NCBI GenBank assembly: GCA_002269645.1
Contig: NIVC01001001.1
Span: 310,001-374,000 of the forward strand
DNA: 64,000 bases
Direction of reading: 5' to 3'
Source: Macrostomum lignano
Taxonomy: Eukaryota
Part shown: one piece after another, positions 1 through 13,200 of the stretch
How the letters are laid out: each line of letters begins with the position of its first letter
Position numbering within the stretch: position 1 is the first letter of the stretch
Notes under the pieces: model-generated
Told to the model about the DNA's origin: nothing
Databases searched by the model: none
Seen by the model: only the letters and a program-made list of their open reading frames with translations
Made by a program: the position numbers and the translations under genes

Positions 1-489
1 GTGACTTAAATCTTAAGGGGCAGAGGGGCAATGCTCTGTAGTCTTTTACACACTGTCTGAATGTACGATGGTTTAACTCTTTGTCCCTGTCCAAATGTAC
101 ATTTATCAGCGCGCTTCTCCCTTCCCTTTCTGTCTGTCCTATCCCTCCTTTCCCTGTCCCAGTGCAAGTGTTAGGCTATACGCGTGGGGGAGGGGGTTGG
201 GGGGTAGGAAGGATACAGCCATATAGACTGAACAGTTAGATAAAAACAATAAAGTCTGAGAGGCGATGCACTTTATAATTAAAGTTAGACAAAACCAAAA
301 CACCGACAGATACTATAAAAACAAACGAAACGAAATTTGCCATACTATCAGATCAGAGAGTAAAGAATAATGTACCCATGTACAGTTTTGCTTGTGTAAA
401 AACTTCTAGTATAGTAGTATTGTTTCTAAAATTAAAATTATAAAAAAAAGGTTTTTCAACTTTTTTTGAAAAATTTGACGTTCAGAAGT

Positions 490-583
490 CAGAACTGAAA
501 TTGGGGGGGGGGGGGCACAGGGGGGCCTATGGCCTAACAGGGGGGCCCAGGCCCCCCCTGGCCCCCCCTTGGACGCGCCACTG
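490..583. mobile_element. Probable terminus of a non-autonomous hAT-like DNA transposon; other end not found in the window
   Basis: G-run/C-run quasi-palindrome ending GGCCCCCCCTTGGACGCGCCACTG. Its reverse complement, CAGTGGCGCGTCC..., resembles CAGTGGCG-type hAT termini. No partner TIR or TSD seen. Confidence 0.35.
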
Positions 584-1258
584 ATTTCAAGGCTATATTC
601 AAGGCTAGCTATAGCTATATAATAGCTATAGCTAATTTTTCATTGTTTTTTACCTTTGGCTCTGTTTGGATGCATTCTTAAGCAAGCATCTTTAACCATC
701 TTGTGCACAGTAGAGTTTTTGAGCAATGGCCGGCCAAATTGGAAGTATTTTTGTTGATAAGTTAAATTTACGCGTTAAAAGTCGTGGTAGGAATAACAAA
801 GCGTACCAAAGTGAATTGATTCTATGTTGCTGCTTAAAGAATAATGCTCAAAATCAATGAAAATAAAACTTGCATTCCTTCCATTAATAATCTTGTGCAA
901 ATAGCTACTGCATTTTGTACTTGTTTTCTCTATTGTTTCTGCCAATTTAGTTTGCTATTTATTTCATTCATTTATTGTGTTCGAGTTCGACTCTTCGCTA
1001 AAAATACGGAATAGGAGTTCCAGGAGAGCGCTTAAGATAAAAGTAAAAGTGATTATAGCAGTGTCAAGCTATAGCGAGAGTTGTATTTCCCTTTAGCTAT
1101 TTATTTATTTCTCCCTTTAACCTCCTCTTGCTTCGAAACTAAAATATAGCTTCGAAATATAGCTAAGAAATTAATCAATCGTAATACGCTTTAGAACTGT
1201 TTATATTTTATTGTTACCATCTTTACACTCCCATCAAACGAATCATTAACATATTTAG

Positions 1259-3114
1259 ATGGCCAGTGCAAGTAATGCTTCGGGCTCTGAACCGCCAAAC
1301 TCTGAAAGAAAATTTTCGTAAGTGCAAGAACCATCCATGCAATCGCCGATCGGCAATATCATGGATTTGATACAATAATTTACTAGATTTAAAACTAAAT
1401 TGATAATTGACATTAGCACTATTACTGTTTTATAATATTTTATTGGTCACTCATATTTTTTGCTGAAGTTTTGAAGATGGTGCATGGTTTATTAATAATA
1501 AAAATTACACTTTTGGTTACTTAAACTTTATCATTTTGTTTACAGCAATTAAAACTTCATTACCATATATAAACATTGCAGAACAAGTGGAGATAGTCTC
1601 TACCAAATTCTTGGACTAGAAAAGGGTGCCTCTCCAGAGCAGGTTAAAAAGGCCTACAGAAAGGTTTGTAGCTATTTATATTCTCTAAATATTAGGCCCC
1701 TATATGGATATTCAATGTTATCATTAATCCCTAATAACTTGTTGAAAATTTTTCATATTTTTTAGTTGGCATTGCAATATCACCCAGACAAAAATCCAGA
1801 TCCTAGTGCTGCAGACAAGGTATGAAAAAGACATTATAGTTAAATTTATAATAATAAATTATAAACACAATATGGCACATATCAGTATTGCACACCACCC
1901 TTGCAGATCAAAGAGCTCAACAGAGCCAATCATGTGCTTAGCGATGAGAAAAGGAAAGCCATCTATGATAAATATGGCTCTGTTGGTTTGCAAATTGCAT
2001 CACAAATTGGCGAGGACAATGTCACAACATATTTTATGCTAGACAATGTCTGCTGCAAGGTAAGAAAAAATTCTGAAATTTTTTTTTCTTTGCCAGATGG
2101 TCAAGTTCTCAAGCAGAATTTTTAGATGTTCGAAGAACTTATAGGGAATTTCTCAAATATAATTTATGCTGGCCAGAAGTTCAAGGGGAATTTCTCTGAT
2201 TGCTAAAAGTAGAGTATGCAGGGAATTTCTCATATAGCCAAGAAGAGTTCAAGGAGAATTTCTCATGATCAGATGGCCAAGAGTTCAAGGAGAATTTCTC
2301 ATGATCAGATGGCCAAGAGTTCAAGGAGAATTTCTCATGATCAGATGGCCAAGAGTTCAAGGAGAATTTCTCATGATCAGATGGCCAAGAGTTCAAGGAG
2401 AATTTCTCAGATGACGAAGAGTTCAAGTGGAAATTTCTCAGATGGCCAAGAGTTCCAGTGGGATTTCTCAGATGGCCAAGAGTTGAAGGGGAATTTCTCA
2501 TGATCAGATGGCCAAGAGTTCAAGGGGAATTTCTCATGATCAGATGGCCAAGAGTTCAAGGAGAATTTCTCATAATCAGATGGCTAAGAGTTCAAGGGGA
2601 ATTTCTCATAATCAGATGGCTAAGAGTTCAAAGGGAATTTCCCAGATGACCAAAAGTTCAAGGGGAATTTCTCATGATCACATGGCCGGGAGTTCAAGGG
2701 GAATTTCTCAAATTGCAAATGAGCTTCTAGCTAAATTAATTGACTCACCACTTCAGCCCAATGTTTAAATCATATGTTAATGTTCTTTAAAAACATTGCA
2801 GATTTTATTGGTAGCGTGCTTTGCACTCACCTGCTGCTGTTTCTGTTGCTGCTGCTGCTGCTGCTGCGGCAAATGCGTGCCAAAAGAGACGGACGATGAA
2901 GGAGATTATGCTTATTATGTAAGTTTGAAAATTTACTGGGTTTGTCAAGTTATAATAAGCCAGCTCTAAGGATGACATGTCTGTCTGATTTTAACAGCAA
3001 CCCGAAGCTACAGGCGCCGAGTCGACTGTGACTTCTCAGCCGCAGGGCTCCGCAGACGATGCCACCGAGCGAACCCGACTGAAGTCGGACGAACAGGCTA
3101 CTTATAATCAGTAG
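1259..3114 (+). CDS. DNAJC5: Cysteine string protein (DnaJ subfamily C member 5 homologue), 6 exons, 193 aa
   Basis: join(1259..1317,1582..1663,1766..1819,1907..2059,2802..2918,2998..3114), 582 nt, all GT-AG, phases consistent. Protein: RKFSTSGDSLYQILGLEKGAS...KKAYRKLALQYHPDKNP (J-domain with HPD), then YDKYGSVGL, the cysteine string [16 protein letters not shown], and a C-terminal ATERTRL segment, all matching CSP architecture. Confidence 0.95.
2125..2715 (+). repeat. 30-36 bp minisatellite in DNAJC5 intron 4
   Basis: Tandem unit GATCAGATGGCCAAGAGTTCAAGGAGAATTTCTCAT with shorter degenerate variants; it explains ORFs 2181-2768. Confidence 0.9.
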
Positions 3115-3194
3115 CATAGTTAGTAGATGAGCGCGCGTTGTTTAAAAGTATTAAAAATTGTTGTACATTATTGATATGACGTTGACATGACATT

Positions 3195-3685
3195 GTCAGG
3201 GGAGGGTAGCGTGTTGACCCCAACCTGAAGAATCATGGAGGGTATAGCAGTGACCCAACCTGAAGAATCAGGGAGAGTATAGCAGTGACCCAACCTGAAG
3301 AATCAGGGAGAGTATAGCAGTGACCCAACCTGAAGAATCAGGGAGGGTATAGCAGTGACCCCAACCTGAAGAATCAGGGAGAGTATAGCAGTGACCCAAC
3401 CTGAAGAATCAGGGAGAGTATAGCAGTGACCCAACCTGAAGGATCAGGGAGGGTATAGCAGTGACCCCAACCAGAAAAATCCTGGAGGGTATAGCAGTGA
3501 CCCCAACCAGTAAAATCCTGGAGGGTATAGCAGTGATCCCAACCTGAAGAATCATGGAGGGTATAGCAGTGACGTACCCCAACCCGAAGAATCATCGAGG
3601 GTATAGCAGTGACCCCGACCCGAAGAATCATCGAGGGTATAGCAGTGACCCCACCCCGAAGAATCATCGAGGGTATAGCAGTGAA
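3195..3685 (+). repeat. ~35 bp minisatellite downstream of the DNAJC5 stop
   Basis: Tandem unit GGGAGAGTATAGCAGTGACCCAACCTGAAGAATCA. Confidence 0.9.
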
Positions 3686-4797
3686 CCGTTTTTTGCCAAA
3701 GTGCACTGAAACCATGTATATGTGACTACTACTGATTTACCCATACACAAGTACTCTGAATAAATTTCATTTACACTGTTATACGAAATGTCTTTGTTAA
3801 TTTTCGCAACAATATTTAAAAAAGCGTTATCTATATAGTCGAATTAATAGGTTGTTTTATAATTTTGTTCGAAATTGTAACGTTGTTGTCTCTGATTCAT
3901 TCGTTGTTACTTCAAGTAGTTAGTTTTCTATCGGTGTTTGAACTTATACACGTACGGATCACGTCGTTCGTCTTCGCTCATATGGACCTCTGGATTATGC
4001 TTGGATCGTTTCTAATCCAGGTTTCTCGAAGGTCCTTTTGGCCATGCCCGGATGCCCAGTTTAGCTTTATTTGGACTGTGGTTCGATTTCATTTTGAATT
4101 TTTACAACCAATTTAACTTTTTCAGCTCCTAATGATAATGTAATAAAATGGCTAACTCCCTGACCATGACATCTGCTTACATGCTAATTTTTTTCTCATT
4201 CAAATATTCCATTAGAATCTTTCTTCAAATCTTTTTATGCCGAATTTATTTATGCTTTCAAATTTTAATGTGTGCAGCAAGTAAACTGTTTATTTATCTA
4301 CATGTATATTGTTTAATGAGTACCTACATAAGTTTTTAAGACACTGATCATTGTTTTGTTTATTTCGGTTGCGACAATTACGAAAACACAAATCGAAAAA
4401 CGCTACTAACATTATACTAGCTTTACTTTTCATTACAGAAAAGTTATTTTCTTTTTGATAATTGTTTTTACTCGTTTATTACACATCCGAAATCTTGACA
4501 ATGGACGCACTAAAAATGGTAGAACACATGTTGAACAAACACAAATAAAATACTACATCTTCGAGTTGGAACATGTCCACAACAGAGGCTGGAATAATAA
4601 TGAACAACAGAAAGTATGCAGAACGGAAAAAACATATACCTGGTCCGTGTAGATTTTGCTTGAAAAATATTCTACGAGCGTAGCCTTCTGCCTGCCTGTC
4701 GTGTAGCAAATTCATTCGTATTTTTTACCAAGGCTTCAAGACTTTCAAACTGGCACGGAAAATCGATTGACTATGTGTGCTGGGCTTAGGAAGCCAC

Positions 4798-5215
4798 TAA
4801 GGGACACCGATATAAATGGGGTGGCGGGTGGTGGGTGTTCTGCCTGCGGAGAGACACCGATATAAATGGGGTGGTGGGTGTTGCAGCCCGCGGAGGGACA
4901 CCGATGTAAATGGGGTGGTGGGTGTTCAGCCCGCGGAGGGACACCGATATAAATGGGGTGGTGGGTGTTTCAGCCTGCGGAGGGACATCGATATAAATGG
5001 GGTGGTGGGTGTTGCAGCCCGCAGAGGGACACCGATATATATTGGGTGGTGGGTGTTGCGGCCCGCGGAGGGACACACCGATAGGCCTATAAATGGATGG
5101 TGGGCGTTGCAGCCCACGGAGGGACACCGATATATATTGGGTGGTGGGTGTTGCAGCCCGCGGAGGGACACCGATATAAATGGGATGGCGGGCTTTAAAG
5201 CCCGCTGGGAGACAC
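4798..5215 (+). repeat. ~44 bp minisatellite
   Basis: Tandem unit GGGACACCGATATAAATGGGGTGGTGGGTGTTGCAGCCCGCGGA, about 9 copies; it explains ORFs 4786-5301. Confidence 0.88.
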
Positions 5216-5287
5216 CAATACAAATGGGATTGTAGGTCTAACAACCAGATAACACAGTTGCATTCGCAGAAACTATTAAGCAGTGAA

Positions 5288-6718
5288 CTAATGTCCAACA
5301 CTGCGGCTATTGTTCAAACCAGTCAAATTCAACATGCCAGCAGTTGAAGAAGCGCCGCTATTCGAAGCCATCGGATTGGTGATAAATATTGGCACAAATG
5401 CGGGAGGCTGTTGAGACGTTAGCTGCAGTTGTTGTTGTTGCTGCTGCTGCTGCTGCTGCTGGAGTGGCTGTAAGTTGAATGGAATCTGATTCCCTAGACT
5501 GGGATGCAGCGCCGGCATGGATGTTGCTGAATTTAAAAGTTGCGACCAGTCAAATTGAGCCGATTGAGCCCACTGTTGCAAGAGCTGCTGTTGATAGTGC
5601 TGTTGCAGATTCTGCATTTGTTGCTGTTGCTTTTGCTGCTGCTGGGAGGGCAACTGATCTGGATAAGGCAGCCGGAACAGATTAGGATTCACCTGCTGCT
5701 GCTGATGATTATAAAGTTCTGAACTGAATGGCTGTTGAGCATCCTGATGCCTCTGCGGTAGCCTGAACAGATTTTCACTTGAGTATTGTTGCTGCTTCTG
5801 CTGCTGCTGTTGCTGAAGCAGCTGAAGCCGGCGATGCTGCTGCAACTCCAGCTCCGATGGGCGCAGCGACAGCAGCGACGGCTGAGCCGGCGCCAGCGAC
5901 CGAAGCTGCGGCTGCGGCGGCGATGAAGGCGGACTGATGGCCTCCAGGTGCATGGTGAACGCTGCGCTCTTCTTCCCTTCGCGAGTTTCGTCTTCTTCTT
6001 TCGCAATTAAAGCGTCGCCCCGTTGCTGCTCACCGAGAACATTGGCAATCACGCTGTCGATGGTGGCGCCATCCTTAGCCATCAGTCTCGGACGGTAGCG
6101 CCGGCGGCGCTTGGCGCCATCGGCCGCAGGCGGCGAGTCTAAAGAGGTGCGACTGGTCATGGCCGGGGACAGGTCCGGCGGCGGCGGCGAAGGCGGCGGT
6201 TGCAGCAGCAGCTTCTCCTTCTTTAACTGCTGGGCCGATGGGGGCCGAGTTTTTGACGACCCAGCGACGAGACTTTTCGACTTTTTAGCCGCTGTTTTTC
6301 TGTATTGTCGCTTCTGCTGCTGCAGCTGCAGCTTCTGCTTCTGGCGATTCTGCTTCTGTCGTAGAGTTTTCTGCTGCCTCTGCTGCTTCTGCCTGTTTTG
6401 CTGCTTCTTTGACAAAGTTGTCTTTGTTGACAGCGGCGGCTGCTGCGGCGACTGGGGCGGACGGCGAAGCCCGAAACTTGCGAACACCTCTGCCTCAGTG
6501 CGCTGCGACAGTTGCTGCAGCTGGCCTCTGCGCTTGGGGGCTGCGGGTGGCAGTGATCGAATGAGCAGGCTGACAGACAGATAGACAGGCTGACAGACAG
6601 ATAGACACTAAAACAGACAGACAGACAGATAGACAGACAAACAGACAGGCTGAAAAACAGACAGGCTGGCAGACAGACAGACAGGCAGACAGACAGACAG
6701 GCAGGCGGGAAGACAGGC

Positions 6719-6763
<45 letters not shown>

Positions 6764-7136
6764 GGCAGACAGACAGGCAGACACGCAGACAGACGCGCAG
6801 ACAGACATGCAGACGGACAGACAGACAGAAAGACAGGCAGACAGGCAGACAGACAGGCAGACAGACAGACAGACAGGCAGACAGGCAGGCAGGAAGACAG
6901 GCAGACAGGCAGACAGGCAGACAGACAGGCAGGCAGGCAGACAGACAGGCAGACAGACAGGCAGACACGCAGACAGACAGGCAGACAGACAGGCAGACAG
7001 ACAGACAGACAGGCAGACAGGCAGGCAGGAAGACAGGCAGACAGGCAGACAGGCAGACAGACAGGCAGGCAGGCAGACAGACAGGCAGACAGACAGGCAG
7101 ACACGCAGACAGACAGGCAGACAGACAGGCAGACGG

Positions 7137-7168
<32 letters not shown>

Positions 7169-7172
7169 GCAG

Positions 7173-7206
<34 letters not shown>

Positions 7207-10200
7207 AGGCAGACAGGCAGACAGAGAGGCAGAAAGACAGGCAGAAAGACAGGCTGACAGACAGATAGACACTAAAACAGACAGACAAACCGACAGACAG
7301 GCAGACAGACAGGCAGACAGACAGAAAGACAGACAGGCAGCCTCACCCAGGGCCTCCTGTCGCACAGTATGCCGGTTCACGTGGTACAGCGGGTGCTTTC
7401 GCCGGCAGAAGAACAGTCTGGTGCCGCAGGCGCACTGGAACAGCCGGTTGTCGCCGATGCTCTGCAGCGAGTCCTCGCGGCTCCAGCCGAACAGTCCGTG
7501 GCCGAGTTTGCACCGCTGAAGCCGGTTGAAGCAGCTGACTGACAGGACCAGGACGCGCGCTTTGCCGCTTTTTCTGGGCCGCTCTGTAAAATTTTGCGAC
7601 GCGTTACGAAATACATGTGCTAGGAAACTACTCTTAAGAGTAGTATTATTCGAATAAATTAATTCTGAAATGTCAGATCAGATCAGATCATCAGTCAGAA
7701 CTATACTAAAAATGAGTTGTTTGTTTGTACGCAATCGATTAGAGAAAAAATGGCTGGACCGATTTTCTTCGAACTTGCACTGTTCGATCAGAAATTTTCC
7801 TGGGACGGTACATGCATCTTGGCTAAGAAATTGCTCCATGTTAAAGTGATTAAATATTCGAAAAACATGCTTTTTTGCAAAGGTCAAGCAAACTTTTCGA
7901 CTTGAAATGCATTGTAAGAATGCTAGAGAAAAAACTGACTGGTTGAATTCTGATTCTGAAATAGATTGCATCATAACTGAATTGTAACTCCGACTTGAAT
8001 TGAAAATGCAGTGTGGAAGCGTAGCACCAGACTTGATTTAAATTGCGTAACCATATTGTTAACTGATACTGACTGACTGAGAAACTGATTATGTCATAAC
8101 TGCTTCGTGTGATTTACTCTATGCTTGGATTTTAAAGTGTTGAATTATATAAGTGCAAAATTTGATGTTATCAAAACGATGAGAGCTAGCCTAGAGGTGA
8201 ACAAACTGAACTGCCAAATGCAGCGACGATGGTTCGAATTTTCATAGAGTATAATTTTTTTAATTAAAGCTTTTCAACGTCAGGAAAACTAAAAGACTTT
8301 TTAAAAAGAAGCGTCATGTAAAAAATCATAGAAGTGTCATGTAAACAATCATAGAAGCTCCATGTAAAAAATCGTAAAAGCGTTATATAAAAATCATAGA
8401 AGCGTAATGTAAAAATCATAGAAGCGTCATGTATACAATCATAGAAGCGTCATGTAAACAATCATAGAAGCGTCATGTAAAAAATCATAGAAGCGTCATG
8501 AAAAAATCATAGAAGCGTCATGTAAAAAATCATAGAAGCGTCATGTAAACAATCATAGAAGCGTCATGTAAACAATCATAGAAGCGTCATGTAAACAATC
8601 ATAGAATCGTTTTGATAACATGAATTCAGCATTATAAGTTTCAAAACTCCAAGCATAGAGTAAATCACACGAAGCAGTTATTACATAATCAATTTCTCAG
8701 TCAGTCAGTATCAGTTAACAATATGGTTGCGCAATCTAAATCAAGTCTGGTGCTACGCTTCCACACTGCATTTTCAATACTGTGACGCAATTCAATTCGG
8801 AGTTACAATTCAGTTATGATGTAATCCATTTCAGAATCAGAATTCAACCAGTCAGTTTTTTCTCTAGCATTCTTACAATGCATTTCAAGTCGAAAAGTTT
8901 GCTTGACCTTTGCAAAAAAGCATGTTTTTCGAATATTTAATCGCTTTAACATGGAGCAATTTCTTAGCCAAGATGCATGCACCGTCCCAGGAAAATTTCT
9001 GATCGAACAGTGCAAGTCTCATGAATTGCATCATAGAAGCGTAAACAATCATAGAAGCGCCATGTAAAAAATCGTAAAAGCGTTATATAAAAATCATAGA
9101 AGCGTAATGTAAAAAATCATAGAAGCGTCATGTATACAATCATAGAAGCGTCATGTATACAATCATAGAAGCGTCATGTAAACAATCATAGAAGCGTCAT
9201 GTAAAAAATCATAGAAGCGTCATGAAAAAATCATAGAAGCGTCATGTAAAAAAGATAGAAGCGTCATGTAAACAATCATAGAAGCGTCATGTAAACAATC
9301 ATAGAAGCGTCATGAAAAAATCATAGAAGCGTCATGTAAACAATCATAGAAGCGTCATGCAAACAATCATAGAAGCGTCATGTAAAAGTCAAAAAAGCGT
9401 CATAAAAAATCATAGAAGCGTCATGAAAAAATCATGGAAGCGTCATGAAAAAATAATAAAAGCGTCATGTAATAATCATAGAAGCGTCATGCAAAAATCA
9501 TAGAAGCGTCATGAAAAAATCATAGAAGCGTCATGTAAAAATCATAGAAGCGTCATGCAAACAATCATAGTAGCGTCATGTAAAAATCATAGAAGCGTCA
9601 TGCAAACAATCATAGTAGCGTCATTTAAAAAATCATAGAAGCGTCATGTAAACAATCATAGAAGCGTCATGTAAAAGTCAAAATAGCGTCATAAAAAATC
9701 ATAGAAGCGTCATAAAAAATCATCGAAGTGACATGAAAAAATCATAGAAGCGTAATGTAAAAAATCATAGAAGCGTCATGAAAAAATCATAGAAGTGTCA
9801 TGTAAAAATCATAGAAGCGTCATGTAAAAAATCATAGAAGCGTCATGTAAAAATCATAGAATCGCCATGTAAAAATCGTAAAAGCGTTATATAAAAATCA
9901 TGGAAGTGTAATGTAAAAAATCATAGAAGCGTCATGAAAAAATCATAGAAGCGTCATGTAAAAATCATAGTAGCGTCATGTAAACAATCATAGAAGCGTC
10001 ATGTAAAAATTCATAGAAGCGTCATGCCAACAATCATAGAAGCGTCATGGTAAAATCATAGAAGCGTCATGTAAACAATCATAGAAGCGTCATGCAAACA
10101 ATCATAGAAGCGTCATGTAAAAGTCAAAAAAGCGTCATAAAAAATCATAGAAGCGTCATGAAAAAATCATGGAAGCGTCATGAAAAAATAATAAAAGCGT

Positions 10201-13200
10201 CATGTAATAATCATAGAAGCGTCATGCAAAAATCATAGAAGCGTCATGAAAACAATCATAGTAGCGTCATTAAAAATCATAGAAGCGTCATGCAAACAGT
10301 CATAGAAGCGTCATGCAAACAATCATAGAAGCGTCATGCAAACAATCATAGAAGCGTCATGCAAACAATCATAGAAGCGTCATGCAAACAATCATAGAAG
10401 CGTCATGTAAAAGTCAAAAAAGCGTCATAAAAAATCATAGAAGCGTCATGAAAAAATCATGGAAGCGTCATGAAAAAATAATAAAAGCGTCATGTAATAA
10501 TCATAGAAGCGTCATGCAAAAATCATAGAAGCGTCATGAAAAAATCATAGAAGCGTCATGCAAACAATCATAGTAGCGTCATGTAAAAATCATAGAAGCG
10601 TCATGCAAACAATCATAGTAGCGTCATTTAAAAAATCATAGAAGCGTCATGTAAACAATCATAGAAGCGTCATGTAAAAGTCAAAATAGCGTCATAAAAA
10701 ATCATAGAAGCGTCATAAAAAATCATCGAAGTGACATGAAAAAATCATAGAAGCGTAATGTAAAAAATCATAGAAGCGTCATGAAAAAATCATAGAAGTG
10801 TCATGTAAAAATCATAGAAGCGTCATGTAAAAAATCATAGAAGCGTCATGAAAAAATCATAGAAGCGTCATGTAAAAAATCATAGAAGCGTCATGTAAAC
10901 AATCATAGAATCGCCATGTAAAAATCGTAAAAGCGTTATATAAAAATCATGGAAGTGTAATGTAAAAAATCATAGAAGCGTCATGAAACAATCATAGAAG
11001 CGTCATGTAAAAATCATAGTAGCGTCATGTAAACAATCATAGAAGCGTCATGTAAAAATTCATAGAAGCGTCATGCCAACAATCATAGAAGCGTCATGGT
11101 AAAATCATAGAAGCGTCATGTAAACAATCATAGAAGCGTCATGCAAACAATCATAGAAGCGTCATGTAAAAGTCAAAAAAGCGTCATAAAAAATCATAGA
11201 AGCGTCATGAAAAAATCATGGAAGCGTCATGAAAAAATAATAAAAGCGTAATGTAATAATCATAGAAGCGTCATGCAAAAATCATAGAAGCGTCATGAAA
11301 ACAATCATAGTAGCGTCATTAAAAATCATAGAAGCGTCATGCAAAAATCATAGAAGCGTCATGTAAACAATCATAGAAGAGTCATGTAAACAATCATAGA
11401 AGCGTCATGTAAACAATCATAGAAGCGTCATGTAAACAATCATAGAAGCGTCATGTAAAAATCAAAGAAGCGTCGTGTAAACAATCATAGAAGCGTCATG
11501 TAAACAATCATAGAAGCGTCATGTAAACAAGCATAGAAGCGTCATGTAAAAAATCATAGAAAGCGTCATTAAAAAGCATAGTTGCGTCATGTAAAAAATC
11601 ATAAAGCGTCATTTAAAAAATCATAGTTGCGTCATGTAAAAATAGAAGCGTCATGGTCATGGTAAAATCATAGAAGCGTCATGCAAACAATCATAGAAGC
11701 CTCATATAAAAACTAATGAAAGTGTCATTTAAAAAATTAAGAAGAATAATGGAAGAATAAAAGAAGCGTCATGTAAAAATCAAAAGAAGCGCCATGTCAG
11801 ACATGAAAGGTGTCATATAAAAATTAAATGAAGCTATAGTACAGTGCTGTGCTGGGGAGAATTACTGAGACGTCAAGGCTCACAGAGAATAACTGAGATT
11901 ACAGGTGGGGGGGGTTTCTGAGATGTCAAAGCAAAAGTCAGAAGCTACTTCAAAGTTCATGTACTTTACTCAATTTTTATTACATTCATTGTTGGCTCGC
12001 CACAGGGGGGGCGCTGATAGAAGCAGAGTCATGTAAAAAATAAAAGTAGCACTATGTATACATATAAGAAAAGTCATGTCGAAGTTAAAAGATTCATTTG
12101 GGAATTGCTACAATGTCAAAGCTTGGTGGAAATCGTTATAGTGCTGTGATTCTTAAAGAAGGAAACACTAAAATGCCAAGGCTTAGGGGAGAAGAATTGC
12201 TGAGATTTCAAGGCTTTAGGTTGGGTTAAAGTTAGGTTTAGGTCAGGTGTGGGTTGAGGGTTATATTTTATCGGGTTTCAAGGTTAACAGGGGATTTTTT
12301 TAGATTTCAAGATTTATGGGGGGCATCGCTGACATGTCAAGGCTTACGGGGGGAATAGCTGAGATGTCAAGGCTCACGGGGGTATAAATGAGATTTCAAG
12401 GCTAAAGTCAGAAGCTACATGTAGTTTAATGAAAACTTTTTATTACATTTTTGTTGGCTCCTCAGGGCTCACTGATAGAAAAAGCATAATGTAAAAAATA
12501 AAAGAAGCTTCATGTCGAATTTAAGAGATTCATTTGGGAATCCCCACGATGTCGAGGCTTGCAGGGAATCGCTATAACGCTGTAGTAGTGCTATAATGAC
12601 TCAGAATTACTGAAATTTCAAAGCTTTAGGGTTAGGTTAGGGTTAGGGTTAGGGTTAGGGTTAGGCTAGGGTTAGGGTTAGGGTTAGGGTTAGGCTAGGG
12701 TTAGGGTTAGGGTTAGGCTAGGGTTAGGGTTAGAAGGTTGACAGATTTTTTTAGACTTCAAGGCTTATTTGGGGCATCGCTGAGATGTCAAGGGGGGGAG
12801 TTGATTTGTTAAAGCTTGTGGGGGGAATTACTGGCATTTCAAGGCTTACAAGGGACTTCTGAGGTATATTGCAAAGAGATGCTACATGTAGTTTATTACA
12901 AAACTTGTACTGTATTTTTGGCTCCCTAACGCTAAGATACTAAGCTAAAAAATAATACTAGCTCTTCACAAACTTATGCAGATGTCAGGCTGTAGGGTTA
13001 GTGTTAGGGTTGGTATTAGGGTTTAGGTTTAGGGTTAGGTTCAGGGTTATTGCGTTAAGATTCGGGTTAGGGTTAGGGTTAGGGTAGCTTATAACTTGGC
13101 TCATTTAGCTTATTAAAAATGTTTATCATGGAAGCATCATGCAAAAATAATGGAAGCGTCATGCAAAAACAATGGAAGCGTCATGCCAAAAATCATAGAA

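Noticed and set aside
3866-4750. Short motifs (GHPGMAK on the minus strand; CRFCLK..CLSC on the plus strand) suggesting retroelement remnants
   Set aside because: Interrupted by stops within a few codons, with no supporting RT or integrase motifs.
6460-6510. RTEAEVFASFGL resembles the PolX thumb motif (SEEDIFxxLGL)
   Set aside because: No PolX catalytic DxD/GS motifs anywhere in the reconstructed protein; a short match likely by chance.
12626-12733. TTAGGG run as a true telomere or contig join
   Set aside because: It is short, variant-rich and flanked on both sides by exons of one phase-consistent gene.
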